Of a DNA stretch of 64,000 nucleotides, positions 45,698 through 57,958 are shown one piece after another. The notes beneath the pieces were generated by a model. The model was not told the DNA's origin, did no database searches, and was given only the letters and a program-made list of their open reading frames with translations. The first letter of the stretch is position 1. The number at the start of each line of letters is the position of its first letter. The position numbers were made by a program, and so were the translations under genes. Origin of the DNA: Alloascoidea hylecoeti (lineage: Eukaryota); NCBI GenBank assembly GCA_001600815.1, contig BCKZ01000001.1, positions 664,613-728,612 of the forward strand, in the 5' to 3' direction.

Positions 45698-46159
45698 ATG
45701 AATATTTCTTCAGGAGTCCCAATTGTTGATAGTATCATTTCTTACGTGGCTACGGGGTCATCTCTGGCCCTCAAATATGGTGTTCCCTTTGCCATAAAAC
45801 TATATAACGAACAAACTGATCTGGTGACAATTCTAATGCTTGTTATTGTCTTATATCTTTCAGTATTGATTCTATCACATACAACTCGTTTACTATTTAA
45901 TATGGTTCTTAATATTGTTAAATTATTTATTCTCCTGGGTGCTATTGTGATAGGGCTATGGGCTTATGTTAGAGGGCCACAAGAAGCTTGGTTGGATCTC
46001 CTTGCATTATACGACTATTTTAAAGCAGATTTATCGGAGGTATCTATTAATATTGACAAAACAAACCCTTCTGATATTGCGAGTGGCTATAAATATGCTG
46101 CACGTCAATTTGAAAATCAGGCAAGGCAGTATATACTAAATAATGTTGGAGACCATTAA
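45698..46159 (+). CDS. APQ12: Apq12-like nuclear envelope/ER membrane protein, 153 aa
   Basis: Two hydrophobic helices joined by an amphipathic segment (DLVTILMLVIVLYLSVLILSHTTRLLFNMVLNIVKLFILLGAIVIGLWAYVRG); the neighbourhood with ISD11/TPA1 is consistent. Confidence 0.7.
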   Translation: MNISSGVPIVDSIISYVATGSSLALKYGVPFAIKLYNEQTDLVTILMLVIVLYLSVLILSHTTRLLFNMVLNIVKLFILLGAIVIGLWAYVRGPQEAWLDLLALYDYFKADLSEVSINIDKTNPSDIASGYKYAARQFENQARQYILNNVGDH

Positions 46160-46520
46160 ATTTCTAAATACTAAATTAATGTATTATGATCTAACGAAAG
46201 TTCTGTTTATATCATTATTAATGTTGATGATGAGCTGGCAATCACGTATATTCGCAAATTACAAACTTATGACGAACTTATTATACAAAATATTACTTAT
46301 ATCGGGAGGGGCATATCTTGACTTAATGAGAATCTCAATTGTTTTTTATCTTGTTACCTAGCATATTTATAATCTCAATTAGAAAAGCAATTGCAATGTC
46401 AATATTCACAAAAACAAAGCAATATGATTAAGCCTTTCAAACACCAAAATGAATTATAATTATATATTTAGATACATTAAAATTCAATTGATATGGTACA
46501 TACTACATACAGTGGTATCT

Positions 46521-48762
46521 CTAAGCTCCAGAACTTCCATACTGCGAAGCCCAATCTTCATATTTCTCTAAACCTTCTTGAGAAACACTAGGACGTATAT
46601 ATTGTAAACTTTTCCTAAAATCATTAATGTTAATTGCTCGAATATCTTCTCTTTTTGTTAATAATAGATCATCACCAAGTGCTCTTAATGGTCCCATTGC
46701 AGCATCTTTTGCTAGAGCAGTAATATCACTACCAGAATATCCTTTTGTTAAATCAATTAGTTCATCAATATCATGCTGATTTAATGAATGATGTTGGTAT
46801 TCTAATAATTTTAAAAAATGTATTTTCCTTGTTTCATCTTCAGGTAATGGAATATACTGTCTTCTTACGAATCTTCTTCTCGCTGCTTCATCAATTGCCC
46901 ATGGTGTATTTGTTGCGGCTAAAACTAATACTCTTCCAGCGTCTCCTTCATTATCAGCATTATTACGACCAGCTGCAGAACGGGATAAATTAGACCATTG
47001 AATTAAAAGTTCAGTTTTGATTCTCCGACTTGATTCAGCTTCATTTGTATCATTTCTTGAGGATAAAAGGGAATCAATTTCATCAATAAATATAATTGAT
47101 GGAGATAGATATTTAGCAAGTTTGAAAAGTGCACGAACCAATTTTTCTGATTCACCAAGCTAAAAATAAAAACAATTGTTAGTAAAAATAAGAATAATAA
47201 TATAATAATGATAAATTGAGTTTTTAGCTTACAAATTTTGAAGTTAAAGAAGAAGCAGAAATTGAAAAAAAAGTAGATTTACTTTCAGTAGCAACAGCCT
47301 TAGCTAACATTGTTTTGCCAGTCCCAGGAGGACCAAACAATAACATACCTCTTGCAGGTTCTCTTAATCCATTAAATAAATCAGGTCTTAGAAATGGATA
47401 AACAACTGTTTCTTTTAAAAAAATTTTGGCCTGATCTAAACCAGCAATATCAGACCAATTCACTTTATCTCCATTTACAATGATTTCATTTAAGATTTTC
47501 TTAGCTGCTTCTTTATCTATTCCTTTGATTGAAGATATTATTTGTTCTTGTTTTTCTTCTCCTGTTTTATAACTTGCGGGGTTTCGATTATTAGTATCAG
47601 AATCAAAATTAGTACTAGAACTAGAATTGGAATTGGAATTGGGACTGGGACTTATAGTCTCCGTATCTTTAAGAGTTATTTCAGATATATTCGGGTCGTA
47701 TAGTTGGTAGATAATAGGATCAAGTTGGGTTTTATTTTTTGTTATTGTGTCTATGGTTGATGATGATTTTAATAAATGTTTCCTTGCAGACTGCTTCTTT
47801 AAATTTGATCCTGCTGATGTTGGATCAATTTTTGAAATATTGGAAATAGGTGTTGATTTTGGTTGCGATGATAATATTTCTGTTGTTGATGATGTTGATT
47901 TTGGTGTTTCTACCTTAAAAGATGGTGTTTCGTAAGTATATATAGTTGTTTTTAGTGGTTTACGTCTTTCTACTGATGTTGTTTGCTTTGGCTTTTGAAA
48001 TCCAATCGGAGGGTTCTTATAACTGATATCCGATATACGCCTGGTTTGTGAACGACTATTAAATGATTGACCAAAAGAATTGCGTACACTCGATATTTCG
48101 GTTTTGGGGGTAGCATCCCAAGCCAAAGTTGCTGCTTTAGAAGCATTCTTAGGATTTAAAGAGGAAGATTCGCTTTTGGAGTCATGTTTGGATGGATGGG
48201 ATCGCAAAGTTCTTAACAACCCTTTTTTAGGAGGTGGATGAAATGGAATTTGACCATTCCTTAATGTTGGAGTCTGGACTTGCCTATAATCCCCTTTTGA
48301 TGGCATTATATGATATTCTTGTGAAGAAGATGTCGTTAAGCGTGTGGAATGGGTCGTAATAGGCAGTGCTATGCTTGACTCATGGTTAAAAGTGGAAGCA
48401 GGCCCACTTTGACTATGGATATAACCAACAACATTGGTACTCGGAGCTACTCTAATTGTAGGCTTAAGATCTTTTTGTAATGTATTGATTTCTTGAATTA
48501 CCGTTTTATTTAATTCGTTCAGACTTTTTTCTAAAGAAAATTCTTCATCAGTTTTAGTGTATTGTGGACCATAAGACTCAAAAGTTCTGTTAACAAAGTC
48601 TAACTTAAAACAAATGGAAGTATGTAAAGATCTCCAAGACTCTAAAGCAAGTTGTTTATCTGCAGTCTCGAGAGATTTACATCTTGCAGATTGAGCAAAA
48701 GATTCAGAAACGATAAGCTGGAGGTTCTCTACTTGAGATTTTCGACGATGGAAGAAGTTCAT
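46521..48762 (-). CDS. SAP1: Meiotic-clade (spastin/fidgetin-like) AAA ATPase Sap1/Yta6, 2 exons (48762-47233, 47159-46521)
   Basis: Walker A GPPGTGKT; intron 47232-47160 (GTAAGC..TACTAAC..TAG) gives [19 protein letters not shown]; Walker [24 protein letters not shown]; ends YGSSGA. Adjacency to ISD11/TPA1 supports SAP1. Confidence 0.88.
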
Positions 48763-51700
48763 TGAACACAAAAAGAAAAATCGCGGACCATATCGCCCTG
48801 ATTCCTTAGGGCTGAGACAAGGCAGTGTTAATTATACTCAATAAGATCTGGATCTGTGCAGAAGATTTGTGACTCCTCATTACAATTGTTATATGATACA
48901 CAAGAAATAGGAGTTAAGCATGTATCATATATACAGTTTAAGCATGGTTTAAATTGTACTCATTCCACTCAATTTCGGCCATCTTTTGATCACTTTTAAG
49001 TTTTGTATAAGCTTATAGTATAGAAGTGTTCAGCGGGATAATCGATAATTATTCATCGAAAGGTAGCCTATTTATTACTCTATGTGGCCGAAATTAATGA
49101 TGTTGTGTTAGATTTCCTTCAGCTATAAACCTTACTTCTATATGGCGTTTATTATCCTAGAATAAAGTATAGCTAATACTAATAGTTATGGGCCTATGGC
49201 GAACACTACCGTGAGGGTTATTAACAATTGGTTAATATATCGTTATAGGGGGTGTTCATAATTTTAATAACTTTAAGCTTATATAAAACAGAAATTTCTC
49301 TCGAATTTTTTCATAAATTATCATAACCTTAAATGTATTATTATTATTCTCAGCTATCGGAGTTTGTTTCGCTTCCCGAAAGAAGATATTAATAGAATAA
49401 AATATACGCGTATGCTTACCGATAATTATGGAGAGAAACCTCCGGATCCACATTCAGAATTTTGATGGAAATAATTATTTAAAATTAAGCGGGCCTACTG
49501 GTAGGTAATTCAAGTAAAACAAGAATTGGCTAACCTATAAAGTTTTATATAGAAAAAGAGCAACAGTAACAAGAAAATGTGTATTATATAGTACGTACAC
49601 AAAGATATAGCCATTGTAAACACAGTAAAAAAATACCAATATTAGTTGCTCCGAATTTCATGTAGGTCTCTTATATGTTATGGATACATGTTGTAGAAGC
49701 AATTTTTATTTGTAAACACTTCAGCATAAATAAATAACTTATAAAGTTTTTAAGCCTTTATATACGGTATTAATAACTCATGATATTCATTTTCATAGTA
49801 TGGTAAAAAAGAGCCAGAAAAAATATCGGTCTCACCCGATCTCATCTGCGCTTACATATATCGATGCGGATCAGAGTAAAATGAGACACACGATTGTAAT
49901 ATTAATACGAACACGATGGATCATGGAGATTTCGCTCAACTTTTTGATTAAAATTGCAAACGTTAACGCTATTCACTATTATTTGTAAATTTAAATGTGT
50001 TATATGATAATCAGAAGTGTATCGATATCTGATCTTGTGATCTCATTTATACATTCAATAATTGTTTTTATAAATATCCAGATTGATCTTGAAAATACAT
50101 GAATCAAAGATTCATAGTTAATATAGTAATATAACGTTGGTGAAATGATGGGCTTTACAGAATTTACAGTTTTGTAAAAAATATTATGTGCATGTATAAT
50201 TTGCAGATCTGTATGAGCTTGCGATTGATTTAGCGTTAAATTCAATAAAAATATGGAGTGTTTTGTGCCTTAATATAAGCAGTAAAAGAAAACGTGCCAT
50301 AATTATCATATATGGTGGTTTTTTCGCTTCTTTAAAACTGTCATTATAAAACATGAAGTGTTTCTTCTTATTTAGTAATATAGAAAAAATTACTTTGTGC
50401 CCGAAAACCCTGAAACTTTTATTTTGCAACCGACTTTCTTGTATTTTTTCCTACCCTTCGTATCTTTATCTACATTATTATAATATTGATATCACGTTTG
50501 GTCGTGGTATAAATCTCATTATGTTAACTATGCACAAACATATGTATAAATTTGCATTTGCTATCGCACATTCACTGGTTATATATAATTATATATAAAT
50601 GCGGATGCTAATTAAATATGAAAAGTATTTTTGAAGAATATATAGGCCTATATATAGACATTTATAACTTATAATTACATAATGTTTAACTATCTTTATA
50701 ATATATATCTTAAACTAAATATTCCATTATTTTTATTAGCCAGAGGTATAATTAAGGAACTTATACCATTTGATATATAAGTTATATATAAATTAATATT
50801 ATTATATGCATAGCTAATTGATTTTAATCTACGTCCAGATCTAGAAAAGTACACTAGAAGGCCTTATATTCATTATATAAGGAATACGTCACTAGCAAAT
50901 ATAAGCGCTAGTAGCTATAAAGTTATAATATAATAGCTTTAATTTAAAAGTAGATATCAGAGAAAATTTGCAATTCAAATGGTTGAAAATGAGTTATTTA
51001 CTGGCGGCATATGATTGTACATTATTACAAATGATTAATCCTCAAAATTATTTAATATCACAAATAATATTATTACTTATTACAGTTTTAAGCTTCTATA
51101 AGAAGTTTTTGAGTAACTCCTTGCAATTGCAATTGGCCCTGGTTATATGTTATTTGGTTTTAATAGTACGTAATATGTATTAGGAAGCTCCATAACTGGC
51201 ATACAATCAATTGAGAGTTGAATGACACTGGTACTATGGTATAGGTCTGTGTATAAATAACGGTTTTCCCATCGGCCATCGAATACCTTAATCAGTGCTG
51301 AGACTGTATCCGAAACTTGAGAAGGATGATTTCTATATTGACCATTTATATTTAATCAATTATGTTGCAAACCATATGCATATACTATACCTCAGTCGAG
51401 CGCTAAGATCGATATTTGGATTGATATAGTTAAGTAAATACAAATTTAAATGTAAAAGGCTTATACGTATAACACTGGCTCGACTATTTATTTGGATCAA
51501 ATCATCAATGCACGCACCATATGCATATCAGTGACAAGATCTAAAATGCTCTTTTATACAATGTTGGGTATCAGACCATCTTTAAAGCTGATTATTTCGT
51601 ATTATACTATAGTGGTTTTGAACTTAAAGGATCTACAAAGATTATATGAATTAATATATACTAACTTCTATATCAATACCTGTGGCTATAAGTTATATAT

Positions 51701-54700
51701 ATATTTAAAAAACATTATTTAAAACTAATATGTACGTATATTTATGAATTTTATTAATATCGATCTATATATATAGGCTTATCATGGGCTTACAATTGCA
51801 AGAGCTTTATAAACTTATTATTCATATGCATATGCATGATCAGTTTAAAATAGAATTATGGATCATAAAATGAAGTGCATATGAAGTAGCATTATCCCCA
51901 ACACCATATTTTTGATCCAGCACAACTAACTATCAACAACATTAAATGAAAGTTTTAAAGATGTATGCCGATATATAAATGACAAATATAATTCAAAATG
52001 TTTGTATTTTTATTTTGTTGGATTAATTTAAGGTGGTGTGTTGAACTCAAATATGGACCTTTCCTTACTCCGTACGACATATATGCAATAATATGCACTG
52101 CCAACATGCATAAATTACCCCACTAAGCGATTTATCGCCATGGCCCGATCGAAGGCTCAATCTTTGATTTCTTAACCATGATGAACTCTAGATCTTCTCA
52201 ATACTCCTTTTTGAAACTAACTCAACTAACAGCAACAATAATTGACAGTTGTGAAGATGAATTCAAATAAATAAATGGCAAATAGAGTCAATTTCGTTCT
52301 TTTTTCACTTATTCAATGCACTCTCACATACAGTAACTCTGAAAATATGCATATCCATATAGAGTAAGTATGTATTTCCACAGTGTCCTATTTAGAAGTT
52401 ACCTGCACCTGATGACGTTGCCGATGCGTGTTTTATGTATCTATATGCATATGCAGGTTCATTTTATAAGTTAGATAACCATATCCATATTATGTAGTAA
52501 GTTGCAATTAATTATGATATTTGTGATATATTCAATTGCCTTTGAAGAACTTATTATAAGTATTTGCAGCTTAAATATATAATTTTATCTTAAGTTTTAT
52601 CATTAAATCAAAAAAATACCATAAAATATAAAAATTATTCTATATCATCACATGCATGTTATGTCCAAAATAAAAATCCATTCACACATTAATTACTACT
52701 CAATTGTAAGCTCAAGCTCAATCATAAGGGCTTCATGACTGTTCAAGGTTCATATACTAGTGGCGCTTTTAAGTTTCTTTCCAATTGATTTTAATTATTG
52801 TAATACGTCAAAAAAGTAATAATATTTTTCCTTTTGTTAGATCTACACGTTTTTCCAGCATACTTTAGTGCCAATTAGCTATTAGGACTGGAATTTAATT
52901 GCAAACCCAAGAAAATGTTAATATTGGGAGACTTTTGAATTATTTAATATGTTGTAGCATCATGCTACAGTACTAAGGACAAGTGTAATTGATCTTCTTC
53001 GATATTCTTATGTTTTATAGAATATATCAAATGATTTACTAATTATCATGAAAAATCTTTTATTTTATTTGGGGTCTTGGTGCCATCATATGTGAATTAT
53101 TTTTTAAAAGGATAACCTTTACAGCAAGATGTTGATTATGTAATTGTATAACTTACATATGCATGATATGGGTTGGTGTTTCTAATTAAATTAAATAAAG
53201 GTGATAACCAAATATTTTCTATGTTATACCCTATATGGGATATCCTGATATTAAAGATATGTATAAGAATTTTAAAAGGTACAAAGCCGGCATTCCCGCC
53301 CTAATATGGTAATGAGGAAACCATCGTGTTCGTATTAATATTCATTATCAAGTTTCATAATCAGTGCTAGTAAAGTTAAGTTTTTAACCTTTAAAATATA
53401 TAATTATAGATACTCACGTGCTTTAAGGTTTCGAGAGATGGTGGAGAGGTGCCTTTTAGTGAAAAAGAAATAAGGAGTAGGGCCATGGTTATACGTTATG
53501 ATCATATGGAGTAGCGTGAAACATGCCTAACACTGCCTATATAGTCACAAGTTACAACCATGTGTGGAGTTTGAGATGAGTAGTCTCCAATATTCATCTG
53601 GGGAAGAACAACGGATCTAGATCTAGAGGGAATAAAACAACGTAGTAGTGTTATAATTATAAAGTAAATGATAATAAGAGCCACGAATCATAAATATTCT
53701 GTCCCGGATACCGGCGGTTAACACAAGAGAAATTTAAAGAGATCTATATATAATCGCTCAATTATTTCTGAGTGTTTTTTACAATGAAATAATATTAATT
53801 AATGCCTGTTTTATTAACGAGATTTGTGATGAAAAGGGAACAGTATTAATTAGACTAAATAATAGTCGCGATCGTAATGCGTTTCCTAAAGAAAAGTCTG
53901 TATTATATTGGAAAGGGGATTAGAAATTATTAGCAAAACCAAATTTAATAAAATATACCTATGCATATGACCTTATAATTGTATTTTTCAATATTGATTT
54001 GATTGAGATCAGATATGATTACAAATTTACAATATGGCTGATATCATGATATTCTCTTTTCCAGAGTGATCTTTGTATTTGTAATTTTGCATATAACAAT
54101 TAAAAATTGATAGATCATATTCGTATTTGTCTATGTTGTATCCCCGATAACAATATACATATACTCTAAAATGAACTATAAAAAGATTTTCTTTTTATAG
54201 TTGAATGGCGCTTTTAAAGATATACCGGTAAGAAATATATATATATTATGAGCTTAATTAAATTATGAGATTAAGTTTTATTTCTTTCCTTATAATTTAA
54301 TTATTCTGTAACTGCAATATTAATTTTCAATTGTTCTAAAACCTGTATCCTCTGTTCCACATTCAAATAAAAACCTCAAACTTTAAGGTAAAAAAATAAA
54401 AATAAAAAAACTATGTCAAGCTTCAACACAACCCTCCTATAAGAAAATTAAATCTTCCCAAGATTATAAGTGGAGGAGGAGTTCAGTCATTCTTCGACCA
54501 ATTGATTGTGATCTGCAGTTGGACCATTATGGGATTCTAAAATATATTATGTATTATGAATTTATCAAACTAATCTGCATACATAAATAATAGAGAAAAA
54601 CATTTCACAAATTTCAATTCCAACTGAAAATCATACTTCCAAAAAATATAAAGTAAGTTAATTATAATTTATATGATAAATGCTATAACATTTAATTTTA

Positions 54701-55809
54701 AATACCAGTATATATAATTTTTAGAGGTTGAGATAAGGTAAAGTTTTTACAATCCATCAATATCTAAATTCTAACCAACCCAGTAAGCATGCAGAGAGGG
54801 AACGGCTATCAATGAGAGTTGTTAATAAACAGATCTGGAGCAATTCACGTATAAACTAAAATTTAATTTCCGCCATTTATTAAGAACAGTTTTTCATTAT
54901 ATTTATTCACCCACCATCCTCAATTAAACCCTTTTTATTACCATTATTATTTAAGTGAAGATCCATTTTAACATTCCCTTGTTCTTTATATATTACAGTA
55001 TCAATATTATAGCTATGTGAACTATAGCAACCCAATTAAAAACCCCAAATCAATATATAATAGTATACATCATATTATAAGTTATATTTAAGATCTTAAG
55101 CTTATTTATAAGGTCTATAATATATGATATCGATGTTTCATTTCAATTCATTGTGTATGAACAAACAGTGTTTAGGTATGCATCGGTACACACATTTAGA
55201 CAATATTAATTGCAAATTAAACCATCATTTGATTTTCACAATTGCTAGTCATCGATTTGTGAAATTAAAGAGTAGTTCGCGCCGGAACAGCGAAATTAAA
55301 TGTAGAGATGACTGTAATATATTCTGTGTTGAAAATTCCTTTATGTTGGTCATTTCTATATCAATATTCTTTATTTTAATTAACAGATGATTCATAGGCG
55401 GCCATGGGTGTGTATATATGCATGCAAAAGTTACAAATATACGATTAAAATAACCTTGCAAGACCGTAATGATAACGAAAAGGAAAAAAATCCCAATTTC
55501 AGGTTTATATCGATATGAACCTGGTCAAAAATCAATAACCAGTATTAACAATTACAGTCCCCATCGATTAACTACATGCTAGATATATTAGGGAAGATTT
55601 TTCATTTCTATGATAGAAGCGCGTAAGGAATTATGTTAGGCCAATAATTTTAATTAGAGACTTTTAAATTTCAAATTATGGCCTTATTGAATGCATCTAT
55701 AGTAGATGAGGTGACAAATTCGTTAAATGTTGAAAATTGAAACCCAAAAAAATAGAGAAAGATTTACTTTAGAGTTAAAATAATAAACGCAGATGGGACG
55801 CTAGTTGTT

Positions 55810-56149
55810 GGGAAGGGGGTGGCTATTGGGAGGGGGGTTCACAATATTTATAATTACAGAAAAAACAGCATTTCCCTCTTCTTTTATTACATGAACCTCC
55901 GCGATTACTCCAAAAATAGAAGGTTTTGTACATGTTTTATGAGAATATTGAAGGTTATACAAGACCTAATTGAGGATTATTAGCGTGGCATGATAGACGT
56001 GTATATGCATATGCATGCAGCTTGCATATACATACTTCAAATTTAATTTTGGTTTTTGTCCGATCTTATAAAAGCATCGTTTATTCTCCTAAAGACAAAA
56101 TTTTCTCTTACAATAAGACTGAAATTATTCTTCATCAATATATTTAGAT
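55810..56149 (+). promoter_or_regulatory. Proximal promoter of the GIP2-like gene: two STRE (AGGGG) elements and a TATA box
   Basis: AGGGG at 55814 and 55831, TATATGCATATGCA at 56002-56015, TATAAAA at 56067-56073, upstream of ATG 56150. Confidence 0.5.
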
Positions 56150-57958
56150 ATGTCATTTTGCCAGGGCTCTACTGAACCGACTGAAAATGATATCTCTTTA
56201 CTGTACTCTAGGCTCTCTGCTTTGCGGATAGCGCCGCCAACTGCTAGTAAGCTTAAGGCACCTGATACTCCTTCATCGTCATCGTCGATATCTCCTTCTT
56301 CTTCAACATCTTTGAGCTCGGCTTCTTCCTCTGAAGATATGCCAAGCTTACATCTATATCCGCTGTTTGCTTCGGACGCACAGGACTCTTTAGGCAAGTC
56401 ACAATTGTCCCATTCATCCTCCTTGTCATCTTTGACCTCACTTGATACGGTCACAAACAATTCCAGAGATGCACTTCCCGATACAGTTCGCAGCGAGATC
56501 AATGAAAATACATTACTGAAAACAAAAACAACGTCTAGTGCTTCTCTAAGATGTTCGCCGGTGTCGTCTACAGCTAGTTCTCCTCCAGATTCTCCTGCAA
56601 TCTTCAAAAAATCGGGAGAAAGAGTCAAATCAAGCTTAAGGCTTTCTTCTTTAAGTAGGTGCAACTCTGTACCAGGAGATATTGGACGTAATAAGTCTGT
56701 TCGCTTTAATGAAAAACTGGAAGACGTCAGACATTTTAACTTTAAAGAAAAACCACAAGCAGTTTCTTCTCCCGAAAAATATAGACCTCGGTATGGTCGG
56801 AAAAGACGTCCACAATTTCAATGGGGCTCATCATCATCAGAGGAATCAGCCGATTCTGATGATGATTTCTCATTAGATGATATTGAAAAGAAAACTAATA
56901 GCTTTGATTATGGCTTTGGCTTAAAATTAAAGAATCAATCTACAGAATGGTCGATTAAACTTCCAACTTTTCACAAACAATCAACTACTATTAATCAACC
57001 AGTACTATTGGAAGAAATTAAATTGTCTGAAAATAAAAATGAATTATTAGTAACAGCTTCAGTTTCCAACATTTCTTTTTCAAAGGCCATTGTTGCTAGA
57101 TTTACTGTTGACCAATGGAGGACAACTTCTGAAGTCAGAGGTAGTTATTCATATAGCATTGATCCATCAACACCTTCTGATCTAGGGAGAGATTTATTCA
57201 TCATTAATATTAACTTAAAGGATATTCCAAGTAACTTGCTTAGATACAACCCAATGTTTATTTGCATCCGATATGATGTTGATGGAAGGGAATTTTGGGA
57301 TAGTAACAGTGGGTCTAATTATCGCGTTGATTTCCAAAAGGTTAAAAAACAAGTCACACCATCTCCCCAACAAACTCATAAAATTCCAAATAACATGAAT
57401 AGAAAATCTCGATATTTTAAGGATTCAAGTAAACAAGCATCTCTCAAAATTGAAAATACCCAAAAATTATCGAATGATTCAAATTTAAAAGCTGAAAAGA
57501 AGCCAATTACGAAATTATTTGATTTCTCACAATTCACTCATAATATGCCAGCTAATTCTACCAATAGTGCCACTAATCTTAGCACTAATAGCATCTATGG
57601 TAGTAACGATATTTTTGGTGATAATGTATCTAGTTTTGCAGCTGATTCTTTTAGCCCATACTCTTATACATATTCAGCAAGTGGATTTACAGATTCAAAA
57701 GCACCCGATCAAGCTTCTCAAAATATAACTAACAATAAAAAATCCTTAAGCGATTCTCCAAATTTTAGTCGAGCTTCAAGGTCACCTTCAGTACCAATTT
57801 TAAAGACAAAGCCTTTGACACAATCATCATCACCATCAGTGAAAGTCTCACCTGGTAAATTAGTTTCATCGAGACCTTCAATCACATCCTCATCATATCA
57901 AGATTTAATTAATTCCTATTGCTTTTACAGCCCTCAGGAAAAACCAACAAAAGCTTAA
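56150..57958 (+). CDS. GIP2: Glc7/PP1 glycogen-targeting regulatory subunit with CBM21 domain (Gip2/Pig2/Gac1 family), 602 aa
   Basis: KKSGERVKSSL, PP1-docking motif KSVRF, CBM21 (VSNISFSKAIVARFTVDQW..ICIRYDVDGREFWDSNSGSNY), terminal SYQDLINSYCFY. The symbol rests on synteny with SAP1/ISD11/TPA1/APQ12. Confidence 0.8.
   Translation: MSFCQGSTEPTENDISLLYSRLSALRIAPPTASKLKAPDTPSSSSSISPSSSTSLSSASSSEDMPSLHLYPLFASDAQDSLGKSQLSHSSSLSSLTSLDTVTNNSRDALPDTVRSEINENTLLKTKTTSSASLRCSPVSSTASSPPDSPAIFKKSGERVKSSLRLSSLSRCNSVPGDIGRNKSVRFNEKLEDVRHFNFKEKPQAVSSPEKYRPRYGRKRRPQFQWGSSSSEESADSDDDFSLDDIEKKTNSFDYGFGLKLKNQSTEWSIKLPTFHKQSTTINQPVLLEEIKLSENKNELLVTASVSNISFSKAIVARFTVDQWRTTSEVRGSYSYSIDPSTPSDLGRDLFIININLKDIPSNLLRYNPMFICIRYDVDGREFWDSNSGSNYRVDFQKVKKQVTPSPQQTHKIPNNMNRKSRYFKDSSKQASLKIENTQKLSNDSNLKAEKKPITKLFDFSQFTHNMPANSTNSATNLSTNSIYGSNDIFGDNVSSFAADSFSPYSYTYSASGFTDSKAPDQASQNITNNKKSLSDSPNFSRASRSPSVPILKTKPLTQSSSPSVKVSPGKLVSSRPSITSSSYQDLINSYCFYSPQEKPTKA

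Noticed and set aside
52178..52342. Box C/D snoRNA (ATGATGA ... CTGA)
   Set aside because: No terminal stem and no recognisable rRNA-complementary guide; such boxes arise by chance.
49256..55461. Numerous 60-88 aa ORFs in the gene desert
   Set aside because: Ile/Leu/Phe/Tyr-rich composition typical of random AT-rich DNA, many non-ATG starts, no motifs.
56125..56664. 179-aa antisense ORF
   Set aside because: Mirror of the Ser-rich, GC-richer 5' part of the GIP2-like gene.
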